DNA of 64,000 bases from Antedon mediterranea (taxonomy: Eukaryota > Animalia > Echinodermata): positions 10,760,948-10,824,947 of the forward strand of contig NC_092673.1 in assembly GCF_964355755.1 (NCBI RefSeq). Reading direction: 5' to 3'. Below are positions 52,201 through 64,000 of this stretch, in pieces (position 1 is the first letter of the stretch; every line of letters starts with the position of its first letter). The notes below the pieces were generated by a model. It worked only from the letters and a program-made list of their open reading frames with translations, searched no databases and had not been told where the DNA came from. Both the position numbers and the translations under genes were made by a program.

Positions 52201-54881
52201 TCATATAAATAGACTATTATCAGCTCTTCACTCATCTACTGGTTTGTGGCGTAACCGGTAGTGCTCAGGTTTGAGTTCTTGGAGTAGTGAGTTCGAACCT
52301 CTACGAATATTTTTTTCTTTCTTTTTTTTTAATTGAAAATAAATATTGTTTTTGAAAGTGAGATATTTTGAGTGTTGTAAATGTCAGGCCTAAACAAGTG
52401 GACCTTTTTTAAAATCAGAAACAAAGCTGCATGGCATTATTTTTCATTGATTGATCATTCATTTCATATAAATAGACTATTATCAGCTCCTCAGTCATCT
52501 ACTGGTTTGTGGCGTAACGGATAATGCTGAGGTTTGAGTGCTCTCAGTAGTGGGCTCGAACCTTTAGGGATTTTTTTTTTTAAATTGAAAATAAATATTG
52601 TTTTTGAAAGTGAGGTATTTTGAGGGTTGTAAATATCAGGCCTAAACAAGTGGACCTTTTTTAAAATCAGAAACAAAGTTCATTGATTTATTATTTATTT
52701 CATGTAAATAGTGGACCTTTTTTTAAATCAGAAACAAAGTTGCATAACATCATTTTACATTGATGGATCATTCATTTCATATAAATAGACTATTATCAGC
52801 TCTTCACTCATCTACTGGTTTGTGGCGTAACGGATAATGCTCAACTTTGAGTGCTCTCACTAGTGGGTTCGAACCTCTACGGATATTTTGTTTCTTTTTT
52901 TGTTTTAATTTAAAATAAATATTGTTTTTGAAAGTTAGATATTTTGAGGGTTTTAAATGTCAGACCTAAACAAGTGAACCTTTTTTAAAATCAGAAACAA
53001 AGTTGCAAGGCATTATTTTTCATTGATTTATTATTCATTTCATATAAATAGAGTATTATCAGCTCTTCAGTCATCTACTGGTTTGTGGCGTAACTGATAA
53101 TGCGCAGGTTTGAGTGCTCTCAGTAGTGGGTTCGAACCTCTTGGGATTTTTTTTTTTTAAATTGAAAATAAATATTGTTTTTGAAAGTGAGATATTTTGA
53201 GGGTTGTAAATGTCAGGCCTAAACAAGTGAACCTTTTTTAAAATCAGAAACAAAGTTGCAAGGCATTATTTTTCATTGATGTATCATTCATTTCATATAA
53301 ATAGAGTATTATCAGCTCTACAGTCATCTACTGGTTTGCGGCGTAACGGGTAATGCTCAGGTTTGAGTGATTTCAATAGTGGGTTCGAACTCCTAGGGAT
53401 ATTTTTTTTCTTTTTTTTTTATTTGAAAATAAATATTATTTTTGAAAGTGAGATATTTTTATGGTTTTAAATGTCAAGCCTAACCAAGTGGACATTTTTT
53501 TAAATCAGAAACAAAGTTGCATAACATCATTTTACATTGATGGATCATTCATTTCATATAAATAGACTATTATCAGCTCTTCACTCATCTACTGGTTTGT
53601 GGCGTAACCGGTAATGCTCAGGTTTGAGTTCTCTCAGTAGTGGGTTCGAACCTCTAGGATTAGTTTTTTTCTTTTTTTTTTTTTTTGAAAATAAATATTG
53701 TTTTTGAAAGTGAGATATTTTTATTGTTTTAAATGTCAAGCCTAACCAAGTGGACTTTTTTTAAATCAGAAACAAAGTTGCATAACATCATTTTACATTG
53801 ATGGATCATTCATTTCATATAAATAGACTATTATCAGCTCTTCACTCATCTACTGGTTTGTGGCGTAACCGGTATTGCTCAGGTTTGAGTTCTCGCAGTA
53901 GTATGTTCGAACCTCTAGGATTAGTTTTTTTCTTCTTTTTTTTTGTTTGAAAATAAATATTGTTTTTGAAAGTGAGATATTTTTATGGTTTTAAATGTCA
54001 AGCCTAACCAAGTGGACCTTTTTTAAAATCAGAAACAAAGTTGCATAACATCATTTTACATTGATGGATCATGCATTTCATATAAATAGACTATTATCAG
54101 CTCTTCACTCATCTACTGGTTTGTGGCGTAACCGGTAGTGCTCAGGTTTGAGTTCTTGGAGTAGTGAGTTCGAACCTCTACGAATATTTTTTTTCTTTCT
54201 TTTTTTTTAATTGAAAATAAATATTGTTTTTGAAAGTGAGATATTTTGAGGGTTGTAAATATCAGGCCTAAACAAGTGGACCTTTTTTAAAATCAGAAAC
54301 AAAGTTGCATGGCATTATTTTTCATTGATTTATTATTTATTTCATATAAATAGACTATTATCAGCTCTTCAGTCATATACTGGGTTGCGGCGTAACGGGT
54401 AATGCTCAGGTTTGAGTGATTTCAATAGTGGGTTCGAACTTCTAGGGATATTTTTTTCTTTTTTCTTTATTTGAAAATAAATATTGTTTTTGAAATTGAG
54501 ATATTTTTATGGTTTTAAATGTCAAGCCTAACCAAGTGGACCTTTTTTTAAATCAGAAACAAAGTTGCATAACATCATTTTACATTGATGGATCATTCAT
54601 TTCATATAAATAGACTATTATCAGCTCTTCACTCATCTACTGGTTTGTGGCATAACCGGTAATGCTCAGGTTTGAGTTCTCTCAGTAGTGGGTTCGAACC
54701 TCTAGGAATATTTTTTTTCTTTTTTTTTTTGTTTGAAAATAAATATTGTTTTTGAAAGTGAGATATTTTTATGGTTTTAAATGTCAAGCCTAACCAAGTG
54801 GACCTTTTTTAAAATCAGAAACAAAGTTGCATGGCATTATTTTTCTTTGATTGATCATTCATTTCATATAAATAGACTATT
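46240..54881 (+). repeat. sat261 array in inverted orientation, about 33 monomers (tRNA-like segment on + strand)
   Basis: GGTTTGTGGCGTAACGGGTAATGCTCAGG...GTGGGTTCGAACC...TTTTTT every ~261 bp. Confidence 0.95.
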
Positions 54882-55672
54882 AAAATAAAAGGGTCTAAAT
54901 TTGGCCATTTTTCGAAAATTTCCCCGAGGGGGACCATAAGATTTTTTTTCGAAAAATGGCGAAAATTTACACTTTTTAAAATTCGAAAATTCAATAATTA
55001 TGCTATAATATTGCCATTTTTGGAAATATATTGTGCTAACATCTTCTTATAGAGCCATAGTAATTAGTTATGTCAAAAAATAAAAGGGTTAAAATTTGGC
55101 AATTTTTGCGAAAATTTTCCTGGGGGGGACCATAGGAATTTTTTCGAAAAATGACTAAAATTTCCACTTTTTAAAATTCAAAAATTATGCTATAATATTG
55201 CCATTTATGCACATATATTGTGCTGACATCATCTTATAGAGCCATAGCAACTACTTTTGTCAAAATATAAAAGGGTCGAAAATGGCAAAAATTTTACACT
55301 TTTTAAAATTAAATAATTATGCTATAATTTTGCCATTTATGGACATTTATTGTGTTAACATCATCTTATAGAGCCATCGTAACTAGTTATGTTAAAAAGG
55401 AAAAGGGTCAACATTTTTGCCAGATTTCGAAAATTTCCCTCTACGGGACTATAAGAAGTTTTTTGAAAAGGGGCCAAAATTTCCAATTTTTAAAATTCTA
55501 TAATTATGATATAATATTGCCATTTATGCAAATATATTGTGTTAACATCATCTTATAGAGCCATAGTAACTAGTTATGTCAAAAAATAAAAGGGTCGAAA
55601 TTTAGCCATTTTTTGAAAAAATTTTCTGCTGGGGACCATAAGATTTTTTTTTCGAAAAATGGCGAAAATTTA
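54882..55672 (-). repeat. sat186 array, inverted, about 4-5 monomers
   Basis: CATCATCTTATAGAGCCATAGTAACTAGTTATGTC is the reverse complement of the sat186 core. Confidence 0.92.
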
Positions 55673-55863
55673 CTCTCTCTCGCTGATCTATCTCTCTCTC
55701 GCTGATCTATCTCTCTCTCGGTGATCTATCTCTCTCGCTGATCTCTCTCTCTCTCGCTGATCTATCTCTCTCTCTCGCTGATCTATCTCTTTCTCTCGCT
55801 GATCTATCTCTCTCTCGCTGATCTATCTCTCTCTCTCGCTGATTTATCTCTCTCTCTCGCTGA

Positions 55864-55894
<31 letters not shown>

Positions 55895-58415
55895 TCTATC
55901 TATCTCTCTCTCGCTGATCTATCTATCTCTCTCTCGCTGATCTATCTATCTCTCTCTCGCTGATCTATCTATCTCTCTCTCGCTGATCTATCTATCTATC
56001 TCTCTCTCTCTCGCGCTGATCTATCTATCTCTCTCTCGCTGATCTATCTATCTCTCTCTCTCGCTGATCTATCTATCTCTCGTTGATCTATCTCTCTCTC
56101 GCTGATCTATCTCTCTCTCGCTGATCTATCTCTCTCGCTGATCTATCTATCTCTCGCTGATCTATCTCTCTCTTGCTGATCTATCTCTCGCCCGCTGATC
56201 TATCTCTCTCTCCCTGATCTATCTATCTCTCTCTCGCTGATCTATCTCTCTCTCGCTGATCTATCTCTCTCTCGCTGATCTATCTCTCTCTCGCTGATCT
56301 ATCTCTCTCTCGCTGATCTATCTCTATCTCGCTGATCTATCTCTCTCTCTCGCTGATCTATCACTCTCGCTGATCTATCTCTCTCTCGCTGATCTATCTC
56401 TCTCTCTCGCTGATCTATCTCTCTCTCGCTGATCTATCTATCTGTCTCTCGCTGATCTATCTATCTGTCTCTCGCTGATCTATCTATCTCTCTCTCGCTG
56501 ATCTATCTATCTCTCTCTCGCTGATTTATCTATCTCTCTCTCTCGCTGATCTATCTATCTCTCTCTCGCTGATCTATCTATCTTTCTCTCGCTGATCTAT
56601 CTATCTCTCTCTCTCGCTGATCTATCTCTCTCTCCCGCTGATCTATCTCTCTCTCTCGCTGATCTATCTCTCTCTCGCTGATCTCTCTCTCTCTCTCTCT
56701 CTCTCGCTGATCTATCTTTCTCTCGCTGATCTATCTATCTCTCTCTCTCGCTGATCTATCTATCTCTCGCTGATCTATCTCTCTCTCGCTGATCTATCTC
56801 TCTCTCTCTCTGATCTATCTCTCTCTCGCTGATCTATCTATCTCTCGCTGATCTATCTCTCTCTCGCTGATATATCTCTCTCTCTCGCAGATCTCTCTCT
56901 CTCGCTGATCTATCTCTCTCTCGCTGATCTATCTCTCTCTCGCTGATCTATCTCTCTCTCGCCGATCTATCTCTCTCTCGCTGATCCATTTCTCTCTCGC
57001 TGATCTATCTCTCTCTCTCGCTGATCTATCTCGCTCTCGCTGATCTATCTCTCTCTCTCGCTGATCTATCTCTCTCTCGCTGATATCTCTCTCTCTCTCT
57101 CTCTCTCTCGCTGATATATCTCTCTCTCTCTCTCTCTCTCTCCCGCTGATCTATCTCTCTCTCGCTCATCTCTCTCTCTCTCTCTCTGTCACTGATCTCT
57201 CTCTCTCGCTGATCTATCTCTCTCTCGCTGATCTCTCTCTCTCTCTGATCTCTCTCTCGGTGATCTATCTCTCTCTCGCTGATCTCTCTCTCTCTCTCGC
57301 TGATCTATCTCTCTTTCTCTCTCGCTGATCTATCTCTCTCTCGCTGATCTATCTATCTCTCTCTCGCTGATCTATCTCTCTCTGTCGCTGATCTATCTCT
57401 CTCTCGCTGATCTATCTTTCTCTCGCTGATCTATCTCTCTCTCGCTGATCTATCTCTCTCGCTGATATATCTCTCTCTGTCTGATATCCCTCTCTCTCTC
57501 TCTCTCTCTCGCTGATCTATCTCTCTCTCGCTGATCTACCTCTCTCGCTGATCTATCTCTCTCTCGCTGATCTATCTCTCTCTCGCTGATCTATCTCTCT
57601 CTCGCTGATCTATGTCTCTCGCGCTGATCTATGTCTCTCTCGCTGATCTATCTCACTCTCGCTGATCTATCTCTCTCGCTGATCTATCTCTCTCTCTCTC
57701 GCTGATCTATCTCTTTCTGTCTGATATATATATATCTCTCTCTCTCTCTCTCTCGCTGATCTATCTCTCTCTCTCTCTCTCTCTCTCGCTGATCTACCTC
57801 TCTCGCTGATCTATCTCTCTCTCGCTGATCTATCTATCGCTCTCTCGCTGATCTATCTATCTCTCTCTCTCGCTGATCTATCTCTCTCTCTCTCGCTGAT
57901 CTATCTCTCTCTCGCTGATCTATCTATCTCTCTCTCACTGATCTATCTCTCTCTTGCTGATCTATCTACCTCTCTCTCGCTGATCTATCTCTCTCTCGCT
58001 GACCTATCTCTCTCTCGCTGATCTATCTATCTCTCTCTCGCTGATCTATCTATCTCTCTCTCTCGCTGATCTATCTATCTTTCTCTCGCTGATCTATCTA
58101 TCTCTCTCTCTCTCGCTGATCTATCTATCTCTCTCTCGCTGATCTATCTATCTCTCTCTCGCTGATCTATCTATTTCTCTCTCGCTGATCTATCTCTCTC
58201 TCTCTCTCTCGCTGATCTATCTCTCTCTCGCTGATCTATCTATCTCTCTCTCGCTGATCTATCTCTCTCTCGGTGATCTATCTCTCTCGCTGATCTCTCT
58301 CTCTCTCGCTGATCTATCTCTCTCTCTCGCTGATCTATCTCTTTCTCTCGCTGATCTATCTCTCTCTCGCTGATCTATCTCTCTCTCTCGCTGATTTATC
58401 TCTCTCTCTCGCTGA

Positions 58416-58446
<31 letters not shown>

Positions 58447-61093
58447 TCTATCTATCTCTCTCTCGCTGATCTATCTATCTCTCTCTCGCTGATCTATCTA
58501 TCTCTCTCTCGCTGATCTATCTATCTCTCTCTCGCTGATCTATCTATCTATCTCTCTCTCTCTCGCGCTGATCTATCTATCTCTCTCTCGCTGATCTATC
58601 TATCTCTCTCTCTCGCTGATCTATCTATCTCTCGTTGATCTATCTCTCTCTCGCTGATCTATCTCTCTCTCGCTGATCTATCTCTCTCGCTGATCTATCT
58701 ATCTCTCGCTGATCTATCTCTCTCTTGCTGATCTATCTCTCGCCCGCTGATCTATCTCTCTCTCCCTGATCTATCTATCTCTCTCTCGCTGATCTATCTC
58801 TCTCTCGCTGATCTATCTCTCTCTCGCTGATCTATCTCTCTCTCGCTGATCTATCTCTCTCTCGCTGATCTATCTCTATCTCGCTGATCTATCTCTCTCT
58901 CTCGCTGATCTATCACTCTCGCTGATCTATCTCTCTCTCGCTGATCTATCTCTCTCTCTCGCTGATCTATCTCTCTCTCGCTGATCTATCTATCTGTCTC
59001 TCGCTGATCTATCTATCTGTCTCTCGCTGATCTATCTATCTCTCTCTCGCTGATCTATCTATCTCTCTCTCGCTGATTTATCTATCTCTCTCTCTCGCTG
59101 ATCTATCTATCTCTCTCTCGCTGATCTATCTATCTTTCTCTCGCTGATCTATCTATCTCTCTCTCTCGCTGATCTATCTCTCTCTCCCGCTGATCTATCT
59201 CTCTCTCTCGCTGATCTATCTCTCTCTCGCTGATCTCTCTCTCTCTCTCTCTCTCTCGCTGATCTATCTTTCTCTCGCTGATCTATCTATCTCTCTCTCT
59301 CGCTGATCTATCTATCTCTCGCTGATCTATCTCTCTCTCGCTGATCTATCTCTCTCTCTCTCTGATCTATCTCTCTCTCGCTGATCTATCTATCTCTCGC
59401 TGATCTATCTCTCTCTCGCTGATATATCTCTCTCTCTCGCAGATCTCTCTCTCTCGCTGATCTATCTCTCTCTCGCTGATCTATCTCTCTCTCGCTGATC
59501 TATCTCTCTCTCGCCGATCTATCTCTCTCTCGCTGATCCATTTCTCTCTCGCTGATCTATCTCTCTCTCTCGCTGATCTATCTCGCTCTCGCTGATCTAT
59601 CTCTCTCTCTCGCTGATCTATCTCTCTCTCGCTGATATCTCTCTCTCTCTCTCTCTCTCTCGCTGATATATCTCTCTCTCTCTCTCTCTCTCTCCCGCTG
59701 ATCTATCTCTCTCTCGCTCATCTCTCTCTCTCTCTCTCTGTCACTGATCTCTCTCTCTCGCTGATCTATCTCTCTCTCGCTGATCTCTCTCTCTCTCTGA
59801 TCTCTCTCTCGGTGATCTATCTCTCTCTCGCTGATCTCTCTCTCTCTCTCGCTGATCTATCTCTCTTTCTCTCTCGCTGATCTATCTCTCTCTCGCTGAT
59901 CTATCTATCTCTCTCTCGCTGATCTATCTCTCTCTGTCGCTGATCTATCTCTCTCTCGCTGATCTATCTTTCTCTCGCTGATCTATCTCTCTCTCGCTGA
60001 TCTATCTCTCTCGCTGATATATCTCTCTCTGTCTGATATCCCTCTCTCTCTCTCTCTCTCTCGCTGATCTATCTCTCTCTCGCTGATCTACCTCTCTCGC
60101 TGATCTATCTCTCTCTCGCTGATCTATCTCTCTCTCGCTGATCTATCTCTCTCTCGCTGATCTATGTCTCTCGCGCTGATCTATGTCTCTCTCGCTGATC
60201 TATCTCACTCTCGCTGATCTATCTCTCTCGCTGATCTATCTCTCTCTCTCTCGCTGATCTATCTCTTTCTGTCTGATATATATATATCTCTCTCTCTCTC
60301 TCTCTCGCTGATCTATCTCTCTCTCTCTCTCTCTCTCTCGCTGATCTACCTCTCTCGCTGATCTATCTCTCTCTCGCTGATCTATCTATCGCTCTCTCGC
60401 TGATCTATCTATCTCTCTCTCTCGCTGATCTATCTCTCTCTCTCTCGCTGATCTATCTCTCTCTCGCTGATCTATCTATCTCTCTCTCACTGATCTATCT
60501 CTCTCTTGCTGATCTATCTACCTCTCTCTCGCTGATCTATCTCTCTCTCGCTGACCTATCTCTCTCTCGCTGATCTATCTATCTCTCTCTCGCTGATCTA
60601 TCTATCTCTCTCTCTCGCTGATCTATCTATCTTTCTCTCGCTGATCTATCTATCTCTCTCTCTCTCGCTGATCTATCTATCTCTCTCTCGCTGATCTATC
60701 TATCTCTCTCTCGCTGATCTATCTATTTCTCTCTCGCTGATCTATCTCTCTCTCTCTCTCTCGCTGATCTATCTCTCTCTCGCTGATCTATCTATCTCTC
60801 TCTCGCTGATCTATCTACCTCTCTCTCGCTGATCTATCTCTCTCTAGCTGACCTATCTCTCTCTCGCTGATCTATCTCTCTCTCGCTGATCTATCTATCT
60901 CTCTCTCTCGCTGATCTATCTATCTCTCTCTCGCTGATCTATCTATCTCTCTCTCGCTGATCTATCTATCTCTCTCTCGCTGATCTATCTCTATCTCGCT
61001 GATCTATCTATCTCTCTTTCGCTGATCTATCTCTCTCTCGCTGATCTATCTATCTCTCTCTCGCTGATCTATCTATCTCTCTCTCGCTGATCT
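55673..61093 (+). repeat. 5.4-kb compound microsatellite [GCTGATCTA(TC)n] containing a 2552-bp tandem duplication
   Basis: Rare variants recur at +2552 (CGGTGATC 55719/58271; CCATTT 56986/59538). Confidence 0.96.
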
Positions 61094-61799
61094 TCCTGAA
61101 AAAACTGTAATTTAAAGCAAAAAAATGGTCAAATTGTCTGGAAGCCAATGAGTTTTTGGGTAATTTAACTGTTTATTTTTTCTTTTTATAGGTTAAATAA
61201 TTTTTTCCCCGTTCTTTTTTCTTATGGAAGTGAACAACTTCATTAAAACTGCATATTGGCCTATTTAAAGTCCGATTTCAAAAATCTTTATTTTTCATGA
61301 TTTTGAGAGACAATATACATCTTTAATTTTAAAATAAAGTATATACATTTTATAAGATTAATAAATAATATTTTAAACGGTAAAATATTAAATAGCCCCA
61401 TTACTACAATGTTACTTAAGTAGTAAGCAGGGCTCTATAAAAACCATTTTCCGATTTTTTAATATAAAATACATTATAATAAAAATTATTACTGAAGACG
61501 TAGATATTAAATTGTCAAAGTATGAATACTGATCATATCTGATATTTTCAGGGGTCCCTGATATTATAAAATACTATTAATATGATAGCAATAGAGACGG
61601 AGGCATGCTCAGCCATAATAACTGAACCAATAACAAATGTACAAGATTCACGCGCTGTCATCATGTATAGTTTCACCCTGTCTTGCCCTTTTCACGTTTA
61701 AACTCCGCCTTCTAATTTAAATGTTAAAACCGAGCCTACTCAAGCGTGGGACAAAATGTTTTAAAAAACGGTTTGTCCCACGCTTGAGTAGGCAAGTCT
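61094..61799 (+). repeat. Second copy of the 31069-31760 segment, with a perfect 22-bp inverted repeat
   Basis: Sequence match to 31069 onward; arms at 61734-61755 and 61772-61793. Confidence 0.92.
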
Positions 61800-62078
61800 A
61801 ACAAAATTCATTTTGTCGCGACAAAATGAATTTTGTCTAAACAGAATGTATTTTGTCTACACAGAATAAATTTTGTCTACACAGAATACATTTTGTCGCC
61901 ACAAAATGAATTTTGTCGTTACAGAATGAATTTTGTCTACACATAATTAATTTTGTCCACACAGAATTAATTTTGTCTACACAAAATGAATTTTGTCGTT
62001 ACAGAATGAATTTTGTCGCCACAAAATGAATTTTGTCGTTACGGAATGAATTTTGTCTACACAGAATGAATTTTGTCA
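61800..62078 (+). repeat. 20-bp palindromic minisatellite, about 14 units
   Basis: Same unit as above; same junction into sat87 as at 32058. Confidence 0.92.
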
Positions 62079-64000
62079 AGTTTCATCGAAATGCACAAAA
62101 TGGTCTAAAACGTCTCCAAATGCGATTTGAAGCTATTTTGAGCACTTTGATTGTTTTTTGTGAAAAGTTTCATCGAAATGCACAAAATGGTCAAAAACGT
62201 CTCCAAATACGATAATAAGCTGTTGTAGGCACATTGATGTTTTTGTGTGAAAAAGTCTCATCGAAATGCACAAAATGGTCTGAAACGTCACTAAATCAGT
62301 TTTGAAGCTATTCTAAGCACTTTGGTGTTTTTTTATGTTACCAAGTTTTTTCGAAATGCACAAAATGGTCTAAAACGTCTCTAAATGCGATTTGAAGTTA
62401 TTTTGTGCACTTTGATGTTTTGTGTGAAAAGTTTTAACAAAATGCTCAAAATGGTCTAAAACGGTTTCAAATGTGATTTTAAGCACTTTGATGTTTTTGA
62501 GTAATCCAGTTTCATCGAAATGTACAAAATTGTCTAAAACCTCTCAAAATGCGATTTGAAGCTATTTTGTGCACTTTGATGTTTTTGTGTGAAAAGTTTC
62601 ATCGAAATGCACAAAATTGTCTAAAACGTCTCCAAATACGATATTAAGCTATTGTATGCACTTTGATGTTGTTGTGTGAAAAGTTTTTTCGAAATGCACA
62701 AATGGTCTAAAACGTCTCCAAATACGATAATAAGCTGTTGTATGCACATTGATGTTTTTGTGTTAAAAGTCTCATCGAAATGCACTAAATCCGTTTTGAA
62801 GCTATTCTAAGCACTTTGGTGTTTTTTTATGTTACCAAGTTTTTTCGAAATGCACAAAATGGTCTAGAAAGTCTCCAAATGCGATTTGAAGCTATTTTGT
62901 GCACTTTGATGTTTTGTGTAATGAAACGCACAAAATGGTCTAAAACGTCTCCAAATGTGATTTGAAGCTATTTTGTGCACTTTGTTGTTTTGTGTGAAAA
63001 GTTTCATCGAAATGCACAAAATGGTCTAAAACGTCTCCACATACGATATTAAGCTATGGAATGCACTTTGATGTTTTTGTGTGAAAAGTTTTTCCAAATA
63101 CACAAAATGGTCTAAAACGTCTCCAAATGCGATTTGGAGCTCTTTTGTGCACTTTGATATTTTGTGTCAAAAGTTTTTATAGAAATGCTCGAAATGGTCT
63201 AAAACGGTTTCAAATGTGATTTTAAGCACTTTGATGTTTTTGTGTAACCAAGTTTCATCGAAATGCACAAAAAAATCTAAAACGTCTCCAAATGCGATTT
63301 AAAGCTATTTTGTGCATTTTAATGTTTTGTGTGAAAAGTTTTATCGAAATGCTCGAAATGGTCTAAAACGGTTTCAAATGTGATTTTAAGCACTTTGATA
63401 TTTTTGTGTAATCAAGTTTCATCGAAATGCACAAAATGGTCTAAAACGTCTCCAAATGCGATTTAAAGCTATTTTGTGCACTTTGATGGTTTTTTGTGAA
63501 AAGTTTCATCGAAATGCACAAAATGGTCAAAAACGTCTCCAAATACGATAATAAGCTGTTGTATGCACATTGATGTTTTTGTGTGAAAAGTCTCATCGAA
63601 ATGCACAAAATGGTCTAAAACTTCTCCAAATCCATTTTGAAGCTATTCTAAGCACTTTGGTGTTTTTATGTTACCAAGTTTTTTTGAAATGCACAAAATG
63701 GTCTAAAACGTCTACAAATGCGATTTGAAGCTATTTTGTGCACTTTGATGTTTTGTGTAATGAAACGTACAAAATGGTCTAAAACATCTCCTAATGCATT
63801 TTGAAGCTATTTTGTGCACTTTGTTGTTTTGTGTGAAAAGTTTCATCGAAATGCACTAAATTGTCTAAAACGTCTCGAAATACGATATTAAACTATTGTA
63901 TGCACTTTGTTGTTTTTGTGTGAAAAGTTTCATCGAAATGCTCAAAATGGTCTAAAACGTCTCCAAATGCGATTTGAAGCTATTTTGTGCACTTTGATGT
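62079..64000 (+). repeat. sat87 array running off the window end
   Basis: Same ~87-bp monomer as 32059-33796. Confidence 0.93.

Overview
AT-rich eukaryotic (most likely invertebrate animal) heterochromatin-like window with no recognisable host protein gene. It is built from five tandem-repeat families: a ~261-bp satellite whose monomer carries a tRNA-derived A box/B box plus oligo-T, a ~186-bp satellite, an ~87-bp satellite, a 20-bp palindromic minisatellite and a GCTGATCTA(TC)n compound microsatellite. Transposons are inserted among them: a decayed full-length L1/Tx1-type LINE, a 5'-truncated RTE LINE with a 12-bp TSD, a decayed CR1/L2-group LINE, a non-autonomous TIR element with TAG..CTA ends and a 3-bp TSD (Academ-like), and two Helentron-associated (HINE-like) elements. 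The middle of the window is a large inverted duplication (about 11.9-25.1 kb vs 33.8-54.9 kb) whose arms supply each other's empty insertion sites. The most unusual signal is the array of roughly 65 Pol III-promoter-like satellite units, capped three times, head-to-head, by a tRNA-headed (GAC loop) structured ~240-nt element ending in oligo-T. All calls were made by eye; family names are motif-based and unverified by search.
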